From contig JACQVX010000237.1 of the NCBI GenBank assembly GCA_016209495.1, forward strand, positions 1-63,338: a DNA stretch of 63,338 nucleotides, read 5' to 3'. A program made the position numbers and the translations under genes. This document shows, piece after piece, positions 11,968 through 21,135 of this stretch (position 1 is the first letter of the stretch; each line of letters opens with the position of its first letter). Below the pieces are notes generated by a model. It did not search any database and was not told where the DNA came from. It was given only the letters and a program-made list of their open reading frames with translations. The stretch is from Planctomycetota bacterium. GTDB lineage: Bacteria; Planctomycetota; JACQVX01.

Positions 11968-13023
11968 ATGGACTTCGACCTGGGGGAGGAGACGCGGGAG
12001 GTCCTGGGGCTCGCCGAGCGGTTCGGCGAGGGCCTGCGCCGTGGCGCCCGCGAGGCCGAGGCGCGAGACGGCCTCGCCCCCGAGACCGTGTCGGCCTACT
12101 CGGGGCTGGGGCTGGAACGGCTGCACTGGGGCGAGGCGGCCGGGGGAGCGGGGCTGGGCCTCCGGCTCAAGACCCTGGTCCTCGAGCGCCTGGGCCACGC
12201 GGACGCGGCGGCGGCCCTGGCCCTGGATCGGCGCGCCTGGGTCCTCACGCCCCTCGTGACCCTGGGGGGCGGGCCGAGGGCGGACCTCGAGGCGGCCTCG
12301 CCCGCCCTGCACCTGGACCCGGGGGAGTGCCTGGGCCTGCGGGACGGCCGCCTGGGCGGGTCCATACCCTACCTCCCGGCCGCCCGCGCCGACCTGCTCC
12401 TCGTCCTCCGGGGGCGGGTCCTCCACGCCCTGCGCTCGGGGCTGGACCTGGAGGCCGTGGCACCCGGGGCCCTGCACGCCGCCGGGGCGAGCCGCCTCGC
12501 CCTGGACGCCCCGGTGGCCTGGTCCCGCGAGCTGGAGCCCGCCGTGGCCTGGTGGGTCGGCGCCTCCTGGCGATTCCCCCTGGCGGCTCTCCTGGCCGGG
12601 CTCGCCCGGGCCTCGTACGAGTACGCCAGGGCCTACTGCCTGGAGCGCGTCGTCTTCGGCCGCCCGGTGGCGCACCACCAGGCCGTGGCCTTCATCTTCG
12701 CCGACATGGCCATGGCCGTGGAGACGGCGGGGCTATGCCTGGAGGAGGCGGCGGTGCGCGCCGAGGCCCTGGGCCCCGGGGCCCCGTCGGCCGCGGCGCT
12801 GGACCGGGCCTGGCTCCAGGCCTCGGAGGCCGCCCTCTACTGCACCAACCACGGCGTCCAGCTCGTGGGGGGGGCGGGCTACATGCGGGACCACCCGGTG
12901 GAGAAGTGGATGCGCGAGGCCCGCGCCCTGAGCCTGCTCGCGGGCGGGCCCGACGCGGCCCTGGAGGCCCTCGCCGGGGCGGCCCTGACGCGCGCCTCCG
13001 CCATGGGCGAGGGGGCCGCCTAG
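11968..13023 (+). CDS. Acyl-CoA dehydrogenase family protein, small subunit-like, catalytic Glu absent
   Basis: Real C-terminal part of ORF 10393..13023. MDFDLGEETREVLGLAERF is a typical ACAD start, and an alternative GTG at 11914 forms GTGA with the ligase stop. ERVVFGRPVAHHQAVAF is a conserved ACAD helix. The position of the YEGT catalytic motif reads LLAGGPD. Confidence 0.75.
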   Translation: MDFDLGEETREVLGLAERFGEGLRRGAREAEARDGLAPETVSAYSGLGLERLHWGEAAGGAGLGLRLKTLVLERLGHADAAAALALDRRAWVLTPLVTLGGGPRADLEAASPALHLDPGECLGLRDGRLGGSIPYLPAARADLLLVLRGRVLHALRSGLDLEAVAPGALHAAGASRLALDAPVAWSRELEPAVAWWVGASWRFPLAALLAGLARASYEYARAYCLERVVFGRPVAHHQAVAFIFADMAMAVETAGLCLEEAAVRAEALGPGAPSAAALDRAWLQASEAALYCTNHGVQLVGGAGYMRDHPVEKWMREARALSLLAGGPDAALEALAGAALTRASAMGEGAA

Positions 13024-13024
13024 C

Positions 13025-14260
13025 ATGGGCTCGCTGGGGCTCTACCCCTTCCAGGTCCCGGAGAAGGTGGAACGGCTCCTCGCCACCACGCGCATCCTGG
13101 GCCGCCAGTACCTGCGCCCCCTGGGCCTGGAGGCCGACCGCCAGGGCCACGCCCACCCACCGGACCACCCCCTCTACGCCATGCTCGCCCAGGCGGGCTA
13201 CATGGAGCGCCGCCTGGCCCAGGAGGCCCCCGAAGAGGAGGATGGGGACGCGGGCCGGGAGCGCTGGGGCGCCCGCTCGGCCATCGCGGCCCTGGAGGAG
13301 GCCTCGTACTGGGACCGGGGCATGGCCGTCTCCCTGCCCGGACCGGGGCTGGGCGGGCCGCCGGTGGCCCAGCTCGGGACCCCCGAGCAGCGGGGGCGCT
13401 TCCTCTCCATCTTCCGGGACCGCTCGCGGCCGCGCTGGGGGGCCTTCGGGATGACCGAGGCGGGGGCGGGTTCCGACGTGGCGCGCATCGCCACCCGCTG
13501 CGAGCGCCGGGGCGACCGCTGGGTCCTGCGCGGCGAGAAGACCTTCTGCTCCAACTCCCCCCGGGCGGACTGGATCGTGGTCTACGCCACCGTGGACCCG
13601 GCCCTGGGCCGCGCGGGGCACCGGGCCTTCGTGGTCCCCCGGGAGACCCCGGGACTCGGCCCCTTCAAGGTGGAGCGAAAGATGGGTCTCGTGGCCTACG
13701 AGACCGCGTCCTTCCCCCTCGCGGACTGCGAGGTCCCCGCCGAGAACCTGCTCGGCGGCGAGGCGGCCTACTCCGGCAACGCGGGCTTCGTATCCGCCAT
13801 GAAGACCTTCGACCTCTCGCGGGCGGCCATCGCCGCGATGGCCCTGGGCATCGGCCGCTCGGCCCTGGACCACGCCTCGGCCTTCGCGGCCGAGGCCTTC
13901 GACCTCGCGCGTCCCCTGAACCGCCACCGGCGTGTGGCCGAGCGCCTCGCCACCATGGGGCGGAGGCTGGACGCCGGGCGGCTGCTCTGCTGGAAGGCCG
14001 CCTGGCTGGTGGACCGCCGGATGCCGAACTCCCTGGAGGCCTCCATGGCCAAGGCCTGGTGCGCCCAGGCGGCCCTGGAGACCACGAGCCTCGCCATGGA
14101 GGTCCTGGGGGAGGCCGGGGTAGTCCGGGACGAACGGGTGGAGAAGCTCTTCCGGGACGTGAAGGCCATGGACCTGGTGGAGGGGACGGGGCAGATCCAG
14201 CGGCTGGTCATCGCGCGGCGCACCCTGGACTATCCCCGGGACGAGGGGGTGGGGCGGTGA
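13025..14260 (+). CDS. Acyl-CoA dehydrogenase, large subunit-like, catalytic Glu present
   Basis: 411 aa with GAFGMTEAGAGSDVARI, the GEKTFCSN region, and C-terminal FRDVKAMDLVEGTGQIQRLVIAR (EGT catalytic base motif). Starts 1 nt after the preceding stop. Confidence 0.85.
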   Translation: MGSLGLYPFQVPEKVERLLATTRILGRQYLRPLGLEADRQGHAHPPDHPLYAMLAQAGYMERRLAQEAPEEEDGDAGRERWGARSAIAALEEASYWDRGMAVSLPGPGLGGPPVAQLGTPEQRGRFLSIFRDRSRPRWGAFGMTEAGAGSDVARIATRCERRGDRWVLRGEKTFCSNSPRADWIVVYATVDPALGRAGHRAFVVPRETPGLGPFKVERKMGLVAYETASFPLADCEVPAENLLGGEAAYSGNAGFVSAMKTFDLSRAAIAAMALGIGRSALDHASAFAAEAFDLARPLNRHRRVAERLATMGRRLDAGRLLCWKAAWLVDRRMPNSLEASMAKAWCAQAALETTSLAMEVLGEAGVVRDERVEKLFRDVKAMDLVEGTGQIQRLVIARRTLDYPRDEGVGR

Positions 14261-15057
14261 GTCCCGCGTGCCCGGCCGGGGCCGTGGACCTCCACTTCCG
14301 CGAGCGCGGCCGGGGCTTCCCCCTGCTCCTCGGCCACGGCCTGCTCCTGGACGGCGGGATGTGGGACGAGGTAGCCGAGCGTCTGTCGGGCCGCTTCCGG
14401 GTCGTCCAGGTGGACCTCCGTGGCCACGGCCGATCCCTCGGCCCCCCGGGGGGGGTCACCCTCGAGGACATGGCCGCCGACGTGGCGCGTCTGGCGGACG
14501 CCCTGGACCTGGAGACCTACGCCTGGGCGGGTCTCTCCATGGGGGGCATGGTGGGGATGCGGCTGGCCCTCCGCGCCGACGGCCGCCTGCGCGCCCTGGC
14601 GCTCCTGGACACATCCGCCGAGGAGGAGCCCCAGCGTGCGCTCTTCGAGGCCTGGGCCGAGTCCCAGCGGGGCCGCCCCATGGGGGAGCCGGAGGTCCGC
14701 GCCTTCCTGGAGATGGCATGCGGGACTTCGTTCCTGGCGACCGCCCCGCCCGCCCTGGCCAGGCTGGGCACCCAGATGGCCCGCAACGACCCGGAGGGCG
14801 TCTATCAGGCCACCCGCGCGGTGCTCTCCCGCAGGTCGGTCCTGGGCGCCCTCGGCTCGCTGCGTCTGCCGGTCCTCGTCCTCGTGGGGGCGGAGGACCG
14901 GCTCACCCCGCCGTCCCGCTCCGAGGCCATCCGGGACGCCATCCCCGGGGCCGAGCTGGAGGTGGTCCCCGGGGCGGCCCACCTGAGCGCCGTGGAGGCC
15001 CCGGGGGCGGTGGCGAAGGCCCTGGAGGGCCTCCTCCTCCGCGCGGGGCTGCGCTAG
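14257..15057 (+). CDS. Alpha/beta hydrolase
   Basis: Real part of ORF 14059..15057, from the GTG at 14257 (GTGA overlap). Contains PLLLGHG, nucleophile elbow GLSMGG and C-terminal GAAHLS. Confidence 0.8.
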   Translation: MSPACPAGAVDLHFRERGRGFPLLLGHGLLLDGGMWDEVAERLSGRFRVVQVDLRGHGRSLGPPGGVTLEDMAADVARLADALDLETYAWAGLSMGGMVGMRLALRADGRLRALALLDTSAEEEPQRALFEAWAESQRGRPMGEPEVRAFLEMACGTSFLATAPPALARLGTQMARNDPEGVYQATRAVLSRRSVLGALGSLRLPVLVLVGAEDRLTPPSRSEAIRDAIPGAELEVVPGAAHLSAVEAPGAVAKALEGLLLRAGLR

Positions 15058-15060
15058 TCC

Positions 15061-16212
15061 GTGGCCACGCTACCCACCGAAGGCCGCGCCCTGTGCCTCG
15101 ACCCCGCCCGCGGGGAGGTGGGACTCCGGCGCTTCCCGGTGCACCCGCCCCGGCCGGGCGAGGTGCTCCTCCGGGTCCTCAGGGCCAACGTCTGCGGCTC
15201 GGACCTGCACATGGTGCGGGGCGATGCCTTCCGGGCCATGGCCCCCCCGCACCCCATCGTCCTGGGCCACGAGGCGGTCGGCCGGGTCCTTGCCCTGGGG
15301 GAGGGCGTGGAACGCGACGCCCGGGGCGAGGGGCTCGCCCCCGGCGACCGGGTCAGCTTCGCCTACTGGCGCGGCTGCGGGGCCTGCCCCGTCTGCGCCC
15401 GCGGCCAGGGGCACGCCTGCCTGGGGGCGCTCCTCTCCCTGGTGCGGGATTGCGAGCGGCGGCCCCACTTCCACGGGGCCTTCGCCGACTGCTACATGGT
15501 GCGGCGCGGCCAGGCGGTGGTGAAGGTCCCCGACGGCCTCGGGGACGCCCTGGCGGCCGGGGCCAATTGCGCCCTGGCGCAGGTCATCGCGGGCCTGCGC
15601 CGCGCCCGGGTCGGCCTGGGGGACCAGGTGGTGATCCAGGGGGCGGGGGGGCTGGGGCTCTGGGCCACCGCCGTGGCGCGCGCCATGGGGGCCGCGCGCG
15701 TCATCGTGATCGACGCCGTGCCGCGACGGCTGGAACTGGCGCGGGCCTTCGGGGCGGACCGGACCGTATCCCTGGAGGAGCACCCGGACCCGAGGGAGCG
15801 CACCCGGCAGGTCCTCGCCGAGACCGGGGGAGGGGCCCAGGTCTGCGTGGAGGTAGTGGGCCGCGCCCAGGTCCTGCGCGAGGGGGTGCGGATGCTCCAG
15901 CGCGGGGGCCGCTACCTGGTCATGGGCTCCATCGTCCCTGGGGACACCTTCGAGGCGGACCCCTCCCTCTGGGTCGGGGGGAACCTGAGCATCCTGGGGG
16001 TCTCCCTCTATGACCTGGACAGCCTCCTGGAGGCGGTGCGCTTCGCCGATGCGGCCCAGGGGAGGCTCCCCCTGGAGACGATGGTGGGGGAGGTCTTCCC
16101 CCTGGAGTCCTGGAGGGAGGCCTTCGAGGCCGCCGACGCCCTCGCCAGCGGCCGTGCCTCGGCGGGCCGCGTGGCCTTCCGCATCGCGGAGGAGGAGGAG
16201 GCCCTGGCATGA
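15061..16212 (+). CDS. Zinc-dependent alcohol dehydrogenase (MDR family)
   Basis: 383 aa with CGSDLH...GHEAVG catalytic-zinc motifs, a structural-zinc Cys cluster CGACPVCARGQGHAC and the Rossmann motif IQGAGGLG. Confidence 0.85.
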   Translation: MATLPTEGRALCLDPARGEVGLRRFPVHPPRPGEVLLRVLRANVCGSDLHMVRGDAFRAMAPPHPIVLGHEAVGRVLALGEGVERDARGEGLAPGDRVSFAYWRGCGACPVCARGQGHACLGALLSLVRDCERRPHFHGAFADCYMVRRGQAVVKVPDGLGDALAAGANCALAQVIAGLRRARVGLGDQVVIQGAGGLGLWATAVARAMGAARVIVIDAVPRRLELARAFGADRTVSLEEHPDPRERTRQVLAETGGGAQVCVEVVGRAQVLREGVRMLQRGGRYLVMGSIVPGDTFEADPSLWVGGNLSILGVSLYDLDSLLEAVRFADAAQGRLPLETMVGEVFPLESWREAFEAADALASGRASAGRVAFRIAEEEEALA

Positions 16213-17009
16213 ACTCCGACACGGTGCAGAGCGAGACCCGGGGGCCGGTGACCATCCTCACCCTGAACCGCCCGGAGGCGCGCAACGCCATGAGCGCGGA
16301 CCTGCTGGCGGCCCTCCGCGCGGCGGCGGCCGAGGTCTCGGCGAGGAGGGAGGTGCGCGCCGTGGTCATCACCGGCGCCGGGGGTTGCTTCTCGTCCGGG
16401 GCCGACTTCGGCACCCTGGCGGGTCTGGTCCAGGAGGCGGGGGTGCAGGGCCCCATGGGGGTCCACGCGGCCATCCGCGCCCTCTACGAGGCCCTGCTGT
16501 CCGTGGAGTCCATCCCGGTGCCCACCATCGCCGCGGTAAACGGGGCGGCCGTGGGGGCGGGGCTGGGCCTGGCGTTGCTCTGCGACCTTCGCATCGTGGC
16601 CGAGGACGCCAGGGTGGGCGTCAACTTCACGCGGCTGGGCATCCACCCGGGCCTGGGTCTCTCCCACCTCCTCACCGCCGCCGTGGGCTACGAGCGCGCC
16701 GCCGAGCTCGTCTTCACCGGCGAGCTGGTGCGGGGGGCAGAGGCCGCGGCCATGGGCCTGGCCCGCGAGGCCGTGAGCGCCGCGGAGGTCCTGCCCCGCG
16801 CCCTGGAGCTGGCGGCCCGCGTGGCCCGCGCGGCGCCGCTGGCCGTGCGCCAGGCCCGCCGCAGCCTGCGGCTGGCCGCCGGCCGCGACGCCGCATGGGT
16901 GCGCGAGCTGGAGTCCTTTGCCCAGGCCCTCCTGGGCCAGACGGCGGACGCCCGCGAGGGGGTCCAGGCCATGCTCGAACGACGCGAGCCCGAGTTCCAG
17001 GGCCGCTGA
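16209..17009 (+). CDS. Enoyl-CoA hydratase/isomerase (crotonase family)
   Basis: 266 aa with LNRPEARNAM, ITGAGGCFSSGADF and AAVNGAAVGAGLGLAL crotonase signatures. ATGA overlap with the ADH stop. Confidence 0.9.
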   Translation: MNSDTVQSETRGPVTILTLNRPEARNAMSADLLAALRAAAAEVSARREVRAVVITGAGGCFSSGADFGTLAGLVQEAGVQGPMGVHAAIRALYEALLSVESIPVPTIAAVNGAAVGAGLGLALLCDLRIVAEDARVGVNFTRLGIHPGLGLSHLLTAAVGYERAAELVFTGELVRGAEAAAMGLAREAVSAAEVLPRALELAARVARAAPLAVRQARRSLRLAAGRDAAWVRELESFAQALLGQTADAREGVQAMLERREPEFQGR

Positions 17010-17027
17010 GAGGAAAGGGACGAAGTC

Positions 17028-18110
17028 ATGGAGGCCGGACTCTTCTACCTCTTCGAGACCCTGGGGGAGATGCCCGAGGGCGAGTTCTACCGGCAGGCCC
17101 TCGAGGAGGTGTCCCTGGGCGAGGAGATGGGGTTCTCCGCCGTCTGCCCCGCCGAGCACCACTTCTCGGAGCACTACGGGGTCATGCCGCGGGTGGAGCT
17201 GTTCCTGGCGTGGGCGGCGGCCCGGACGCGGCGGGCGCTCCTCTGGCCCATGGTCATCGTGGCGCCCCTGCGCAACCCCATCCAGCTCGCAGAGGACTGC
17301 GCCCTCCTGGACCAGTTCTCCCAGGGACGCATGGTCTGTTCCCTGGGCTCGGGATACCGCAAGTACGAGTTCGGGGCCTTCGGCCAGGCCATGGAGGAGA
17401 GCACGGAACGCCTGCGCGAGGTGGCCGAGGTGGCAGTGCGCCTCTGGACGGAGGAGCGTGTCACCCACCAGGGTCGCTACTACCGCGTCCAGGACGCCAC
17501 CCTCCGGCCGCGCCCGGTGCAGCGACCGCACCCGCCGGTCTATGTCACCACGACCCGCGACGACCAGATCGAGTGGGCCGCGCGCCACGGCTACGGCGTC
17601 GTCCCCGCGGCGGGCTTCAACCCCTCCACCCTGCGCCACGATTTCGAGCTCGCCCGTCGGGCCGCCGCCGAGGCGCGGCTACAGGTCCCGGCGCGACGGC
17701 CGTTCTTCAAGTGGATCTACGTGGGCGACGACCACCGGGAGGCGGTGGAGGAGGGCTCCCGCTACATCCTCCGCACCCTGATGGCCTTCGCCCAGGGAGG
17801 CGGACGCCTCTTCTCGCTGCTCCTGGGCAAGGCCACCCGCGCCTGGGACGGCGACGTGGGTCGGCCCGAATGGCTCACGGACCGGGTGGAAGAGGTCCTG
17901 GCCGCGGGGGTGACCTACCCCCAGATGGTGAAGAGCGGCTGGGTGCCCTACGTGTGCGGCGACGCGGTCCACGTCACCGAGGTCCTGAGGGAATGCGCCG
18001 CCGCCGGGGCCAATTTCTTCATCGGCGGCTTCAAGTGCGGCTCCATGCCCCAGGAGAGGGTGCGCCGCTCCATGCAGCTCTTCGCCGAGCGGGTCCTGCC
18101 GAACCTCTAG
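17028..18110 (+). CDS. LLM-class flavin-dependent oxidoreductase (luciferase-like)
   Basis: 360 aa. GFSAVCPAEHHFSEHYG, the LLDQFSQGRMVCSLGSGY region and HQGRYYRV resemble the luciferase-like monooxygenase family. GAAAGGGA lies upstream of the ATG. Confidence 0.8.
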   Translation: MEAGLFYLFETLGEMPEGEFYRQALEEVSLGEEMGFSAVCPAEHHFSEHYGVMPRVELFLAWAAARTRRALLWPMVIVAPLRNPIQLAEDCALLDQFSQGRMVCSLGSGYRKYEFGAFGQAMEESTERLREVAEVAVRLWTEERVTHQGRYYRVQDATLRPRPVQRPHPPVYVTTTRDDQIEWAARHGYGVVPAAGFNPSTLRHDFELARRAAAEARLQVPARRPFFKWIYVGDDHREAVEEGSRYILRTLMAFAQGGGRLFSLLLGKATRAWDGDVGRPEWLTDRVEEVLAAGVTYPQMVKSGWVPYVCGDAVHVTEVLRECAAAGANFFIGGFKCGSMPQERVRRSMQLFAERVLPNL

Positions 18111-18119
18111 GCGGCACCC

Positions 18120-19268
18120 GTGGGGGGCGAGGTCCCGGACGTCCACGAGATCCTCCCCGGCGAGGCCTGGCGGCTGGTCTCGCCCATGCCGGCCCCCCTC
18201 GAGGCGGTGAACCTCTACCTCTTCCGGACCGAGGACGGATACCTCCTGGTGGACACGGGCATCCGCTCCCGGCGTAGCCTGGCGGTCCTGCGGGAGGGCC
18301 TGCGCGCGGTGGGGGCGGCCCTGGAGGACCTGCGGCACCTGGTCCTGACCCACGCCCACGTGGATCACCTGGGCCTGGCCCGCCGCGTGGTGGAGGCCGC
18401 CGGGGGACGAGTCCGGGTCTACGCCCACCCCCACACACGCCTCCTGGCCGGGATCCCCTTCCAGCCCCTGGAACCCGCCGAGCACCCGGCCCTGGCCTTC
18501 TTCCGCTCCCTGGGCGTCCCGGAGGGCTCCGCGCTCCAGCTCCTGTCCATGGAGAACTACATGCTGCAGGCGATGCAGGACCCGCTCCCGGTGGATCGCG
18601 CCGTGGAGGACGCCCAGGTCCTGGACTTCCCCCCCTTCCGCTTCCGGGTAAGGGAGACGCCGGGCCACTGCCCGGGCCACATCGCACTGGTGGAGGAGGC
18701 GCGGGGCTGGGCCTTCTGGGGCGACCACCTGCACCGGGATCGGCTCCCGGTCTGCCCGCTCCCCCTCTACCCGCCCCGCCCGCTCGAACTGGGGGCGCTC
18801 CTCGTGGAGAACCCGCGCGACCTCCACCTGCGCTCCCTGCCCACGGGACCGTCCACGGGGGGCCTGGGGCTCCACCTCCCCGGCCACGGTCCACCCTTCC
18901 AGGGGCTACGCCCCGTCCTCGCCTCCTATCGCAGCCGGTGGGAGGGGCGCTGCCGTGCCGTGGTGGAGGCCTGCCTCGACGAGCCCCGCGACCCCTACAC
19001 CCTCGGCTCCATCCTCTACGGCGAGCACAACGAGGTCATGACCCTCCTCACGGTCTCGGAGACGCTCTACACTGTCATCGACCAGGTCCGGGAGGGTGCC
19101 CTGGAGGTGGCGACGCCGGGCGAGGCGGGCGTGCTCCGCCTGCTGGCCCGGGGACCCGCTCGCGTGGGGGCCGCGTGGCTCCGCCTCCCCGACCCCGACC
19201 CCGACCCAGGGGAGGAGGCCCGATGCTCGCGAGCGAATGCGAGACCCTTGCCCAGCTCTTCCGATTGA
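18120..19268 (+). CDS. MBL-fold metallo-hydrolase
   Basis: 382 aa with VNLYLFRTEDGYLLVDTG and LTHAHVDHLG (HxHxDH motif). The C-terminal tail (PDPDPDPGEE...) overlaps the next gene and may be read-through. Confidence 0.75.
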   Translation: MGGEVPDVHEILPGEAWRLVSPMPAPLEAVNLYLFRTEDGYLLVDTGIRSRRSLAVLREGLRAVGAALEDLRHLVLTHAHVDHLGLARRVVEAAGGRVRVYAHPHTRLLAGIPFQPLEPAEHPALAFFRSLGVPEGSALQLLSMENYMLQAMQDPLPVDRAVEDAQVLDFPPFRFRVRETPGHCPGHIALVEEARGWAFWGDHLHRDRLPVCPLPLYPPRPLELGALLVENPRDLHLRSLPTGPSTGGLGLHLPGHGPPFQGLRPVLASYRSRWEGRCRAVVEACLDEPRDPYTLGSILYGEHNEVMTLLTVSETLYTVIDQVREGALEVATPGEAGVLRLLARGPARVGAAWLRLPDPDPDPGEEARCSRANARPLPSSSD

Positions 19269-21028
19269 GGGTGGCGCGCACCCCCGACCGGGAGGCCTAC
19301 CGGGAGAAGCGCCAGGGCCGCTGGGTCCCGACGACCTGGAGGGCCCTGGGCGAGCGGGTCGAGCGAGTGGCCGCGGGGCTCTCGGAGCGGGGGCTCTCCC
19401 GGGGGGACACGGTGGCCATCCTGGGCCCCTGTCGGCCCGAGTGGACCCACGTGGACGCGGCGGCCCTGGCCCTGGGGGCGCGCACGGTCGGGGTCTACGA
19501 GAACCTCCTGGACGACCAGGTGCGCTATCTCCTGGAGGACTCGGCCGCGCGGGTCCTGGTGGTCCAGGGGGCGGCCCCCATGGAGCGGCTGCTCCCCCTC
19601 GTGGGCCGCCTGCCGCGGCTGGAACGCATGGTGGTCTGGGACCACGAGCCGAGGGGGGACGGGCGTCTCGAATCCCTGGAGGCCCTGGCGCGCCGGGGCG
19701 AGGAGGCCCTGGGGCGGGAGCCCGGGCGGGTCGAGCGCCTCGCGGCCGCGGTGCGGCCCGAGGACGTGGCCACGGTGGTCTACACCAGCGGGACCACGGG
19801 CCAGCCCAAGGGCGTCCCCCTGGGCCACGGCCTGCTCGTGGGCTGGCTCCGGGCCACCCAGGACCTGCTCCTGGAGTGCATCGGGCAGGAGGACATCACC
19901 ATGAGCTTCCTCCCCCTGGCCCACGTGGCGGAGCACGTCGCGGGCCTCTACGGGAGGATCAACCTGGGGCTGGCCACGGCCTACGCGACGAGTTACGAGA
20001 CGCTCCTGGACGAGGTGCAGGAGGTCCGCCCCACCTTCTTCGGCGCCGTGCCCCGGATCTTCGAGAAGATGTACGGCCGGATCCGCGAGCGGGTGGCCCA
20101 GGCGAGCCGTCGCCGGCAGGCCATCTTCCGCCGGGCCGAGGCCCTGGCGCGGCGCCGCGCCCGCGCCGAGCTGGGGGGCGAGCCCCTCTCCCTCGGGGAC
20201 CGGCTCCTCTTACCCCTGGCGGACCGGCTGGTCTACCGGCGGATCCGGGCGGTCTTCGGCGGGCGGGTGAAGACCTTCATCACCGGTTCGGCCCCCATCG
20301 AGCTGGAGATCCTCGAGTTCTTCCAGGGGGTGGGGATGAAGGTCTGCGAGGTCTACGGCCTCTCCGAGTCCTGCGCCATCGCCTTCGCCAACACCTCCTC
20401 GGGGACGCGCCTGGGGACCGTGGGTCGGGCCATCCCCGGCCTCCAGTATCGCCTCGCGCCGGATGGGGAGATCCTGATCCGGGGGACCGGCGTCTTCGGC
20501 GGCTACCTGAACCTCCCCGAGGCGAGCGCCGAGGCCTTCGACGCGGAGGGCTACTTCCACACCGGCGACGTGGGGGAGGTGGACGCCGATGGCTACCTCC
20601 GCATCACCGACCGCAAGAAGAACCTGATCAAGACCGCCGGGGGGAAGTACGTGGTCCCGGCGCGCATCGAGGCCCTGGTGAAGGAGGAGCCCCTGGTGAG
20701 CCAGGTCTACGTCCACGGGGACCGCAGGCCCTACGCCGTCGCCCTCATCACCCTCGACGAGCGCGAGACCTCCCGCGTGGCCGCCGACCTGGGCGTGGAG
20801 CCCTCGGCCCTCCCCACCCACCCGGAGGTCCTCCGCCGGATCGACTCCGTGATCGAGCGGGCCAACGCCCGCCTCGCCCGCTTCGAGCAGGTGAAGCGCC
20901 ACGCCGTCCTCCCCCGGGACTTCTCCTTGGAGGGCGGTACCCTCACGGTCACGATGAAGATCAAGCGCCGCGCGGTGGCCGAGAAATTCGCCGAGTGCAT
21001 CGAGCGGCTCTACGCGGATTCGCCTTGA
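19223..21028 (+). CDS. Long-chain fatty-acid-CoA ligase (AMP-forming)
   Basis: Real part of ORF 18938..21028, from the ATG at 19223 (MLASECETLAQLFRL). Motifs: VVYTSGTTGQPKGV, the EVYGLSES region, TGDVGEVDADGYLRITDRKKNLIKTAGGKYV. Overlaps the MBL ORF by 46 nt. Confidence 0.85.
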   Translation: MLASECETLAQLFRLRVARTPDREAYREKRQGRWVPTTWRALGERVERVAAGLSERGLSRGDTVAILGPCRPEWTHVDAAALALGARTVGVYENLLDDQVRYLLEDSAARVLVVQGAAPMERLLPLVGRLPRLERMVVWDHEPRGDGRLESLEALARRGEEALGREPGRVERLAAAVRPEDVATVVYTSGTTGQPKGVPLGHGLLVGWLRATQDLLLECIGQEDITMSFLPLAHVAEHVAGLYGRINLGLATAYATSYETLLDEVQEVRPTFFGAVPRIFEKMYGRIRERVAQASRRRQAIFRRAEALARRRARAELGGEPLSLGDRLLLPLADRLVYRRIRAVFGGRVKTFITGSAPIELEILEFFQGVGMKVCEVYGLSESCAIAFANTSSGTRLGTVGRAIPGLQYRLAPDGEILIRGTGVFGGYLNLPEASAEAFDAEGYFHTGDVGEVDADGYLRITDRKKNLIKTAGGKYVVPARIEALVKEEPLVSQVYVHGDRRPYAVALITLDERETSRVAADLGVEPSALPTHPEVLRRIDSVIERANARLARFEQVKRHAVLPRDFSLEGGTLTVTMKIKRRAVAEKFAECIERLYADSP

Positions 21029-21073
21029 TCTCCCCCTGATCTCCCTTGACCGCCCCCCCGCCGCCCGCATAAT
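21026..21073 (+). promoter_or_regulatory. Three ~11-bp-phased direct repeats abutting a candidate promoter of the GH15 gene
   Basis: TGATCTCCC at 21026-21034 and again at 21037-21045 (perfect, 11-bp period), then TGACCGCCC at 21047-21055 (7/9 match). The third copy overlaps a -35-like TTGACC (21046-21051), followed after 16 nt by CATAAT (21068-21073). Confidence 0.35.
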
Positions 21074-21135
21074 GCCCCCTCGCTCACGTTCGTGAATGGG
21101 AGGGGCCTCCCCGAGGGGGCCCGGGGGAGTCGCGA

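Noticed and set aside
19187-19204. (CCCGAC)x3 short tandem repeat
   Set aside because: It lies in the C-terminal tail of the MBL hydrolase ORF, encoding PDPDPD, with only three units. It is probably a linker or read-through sequence of no separate significance.
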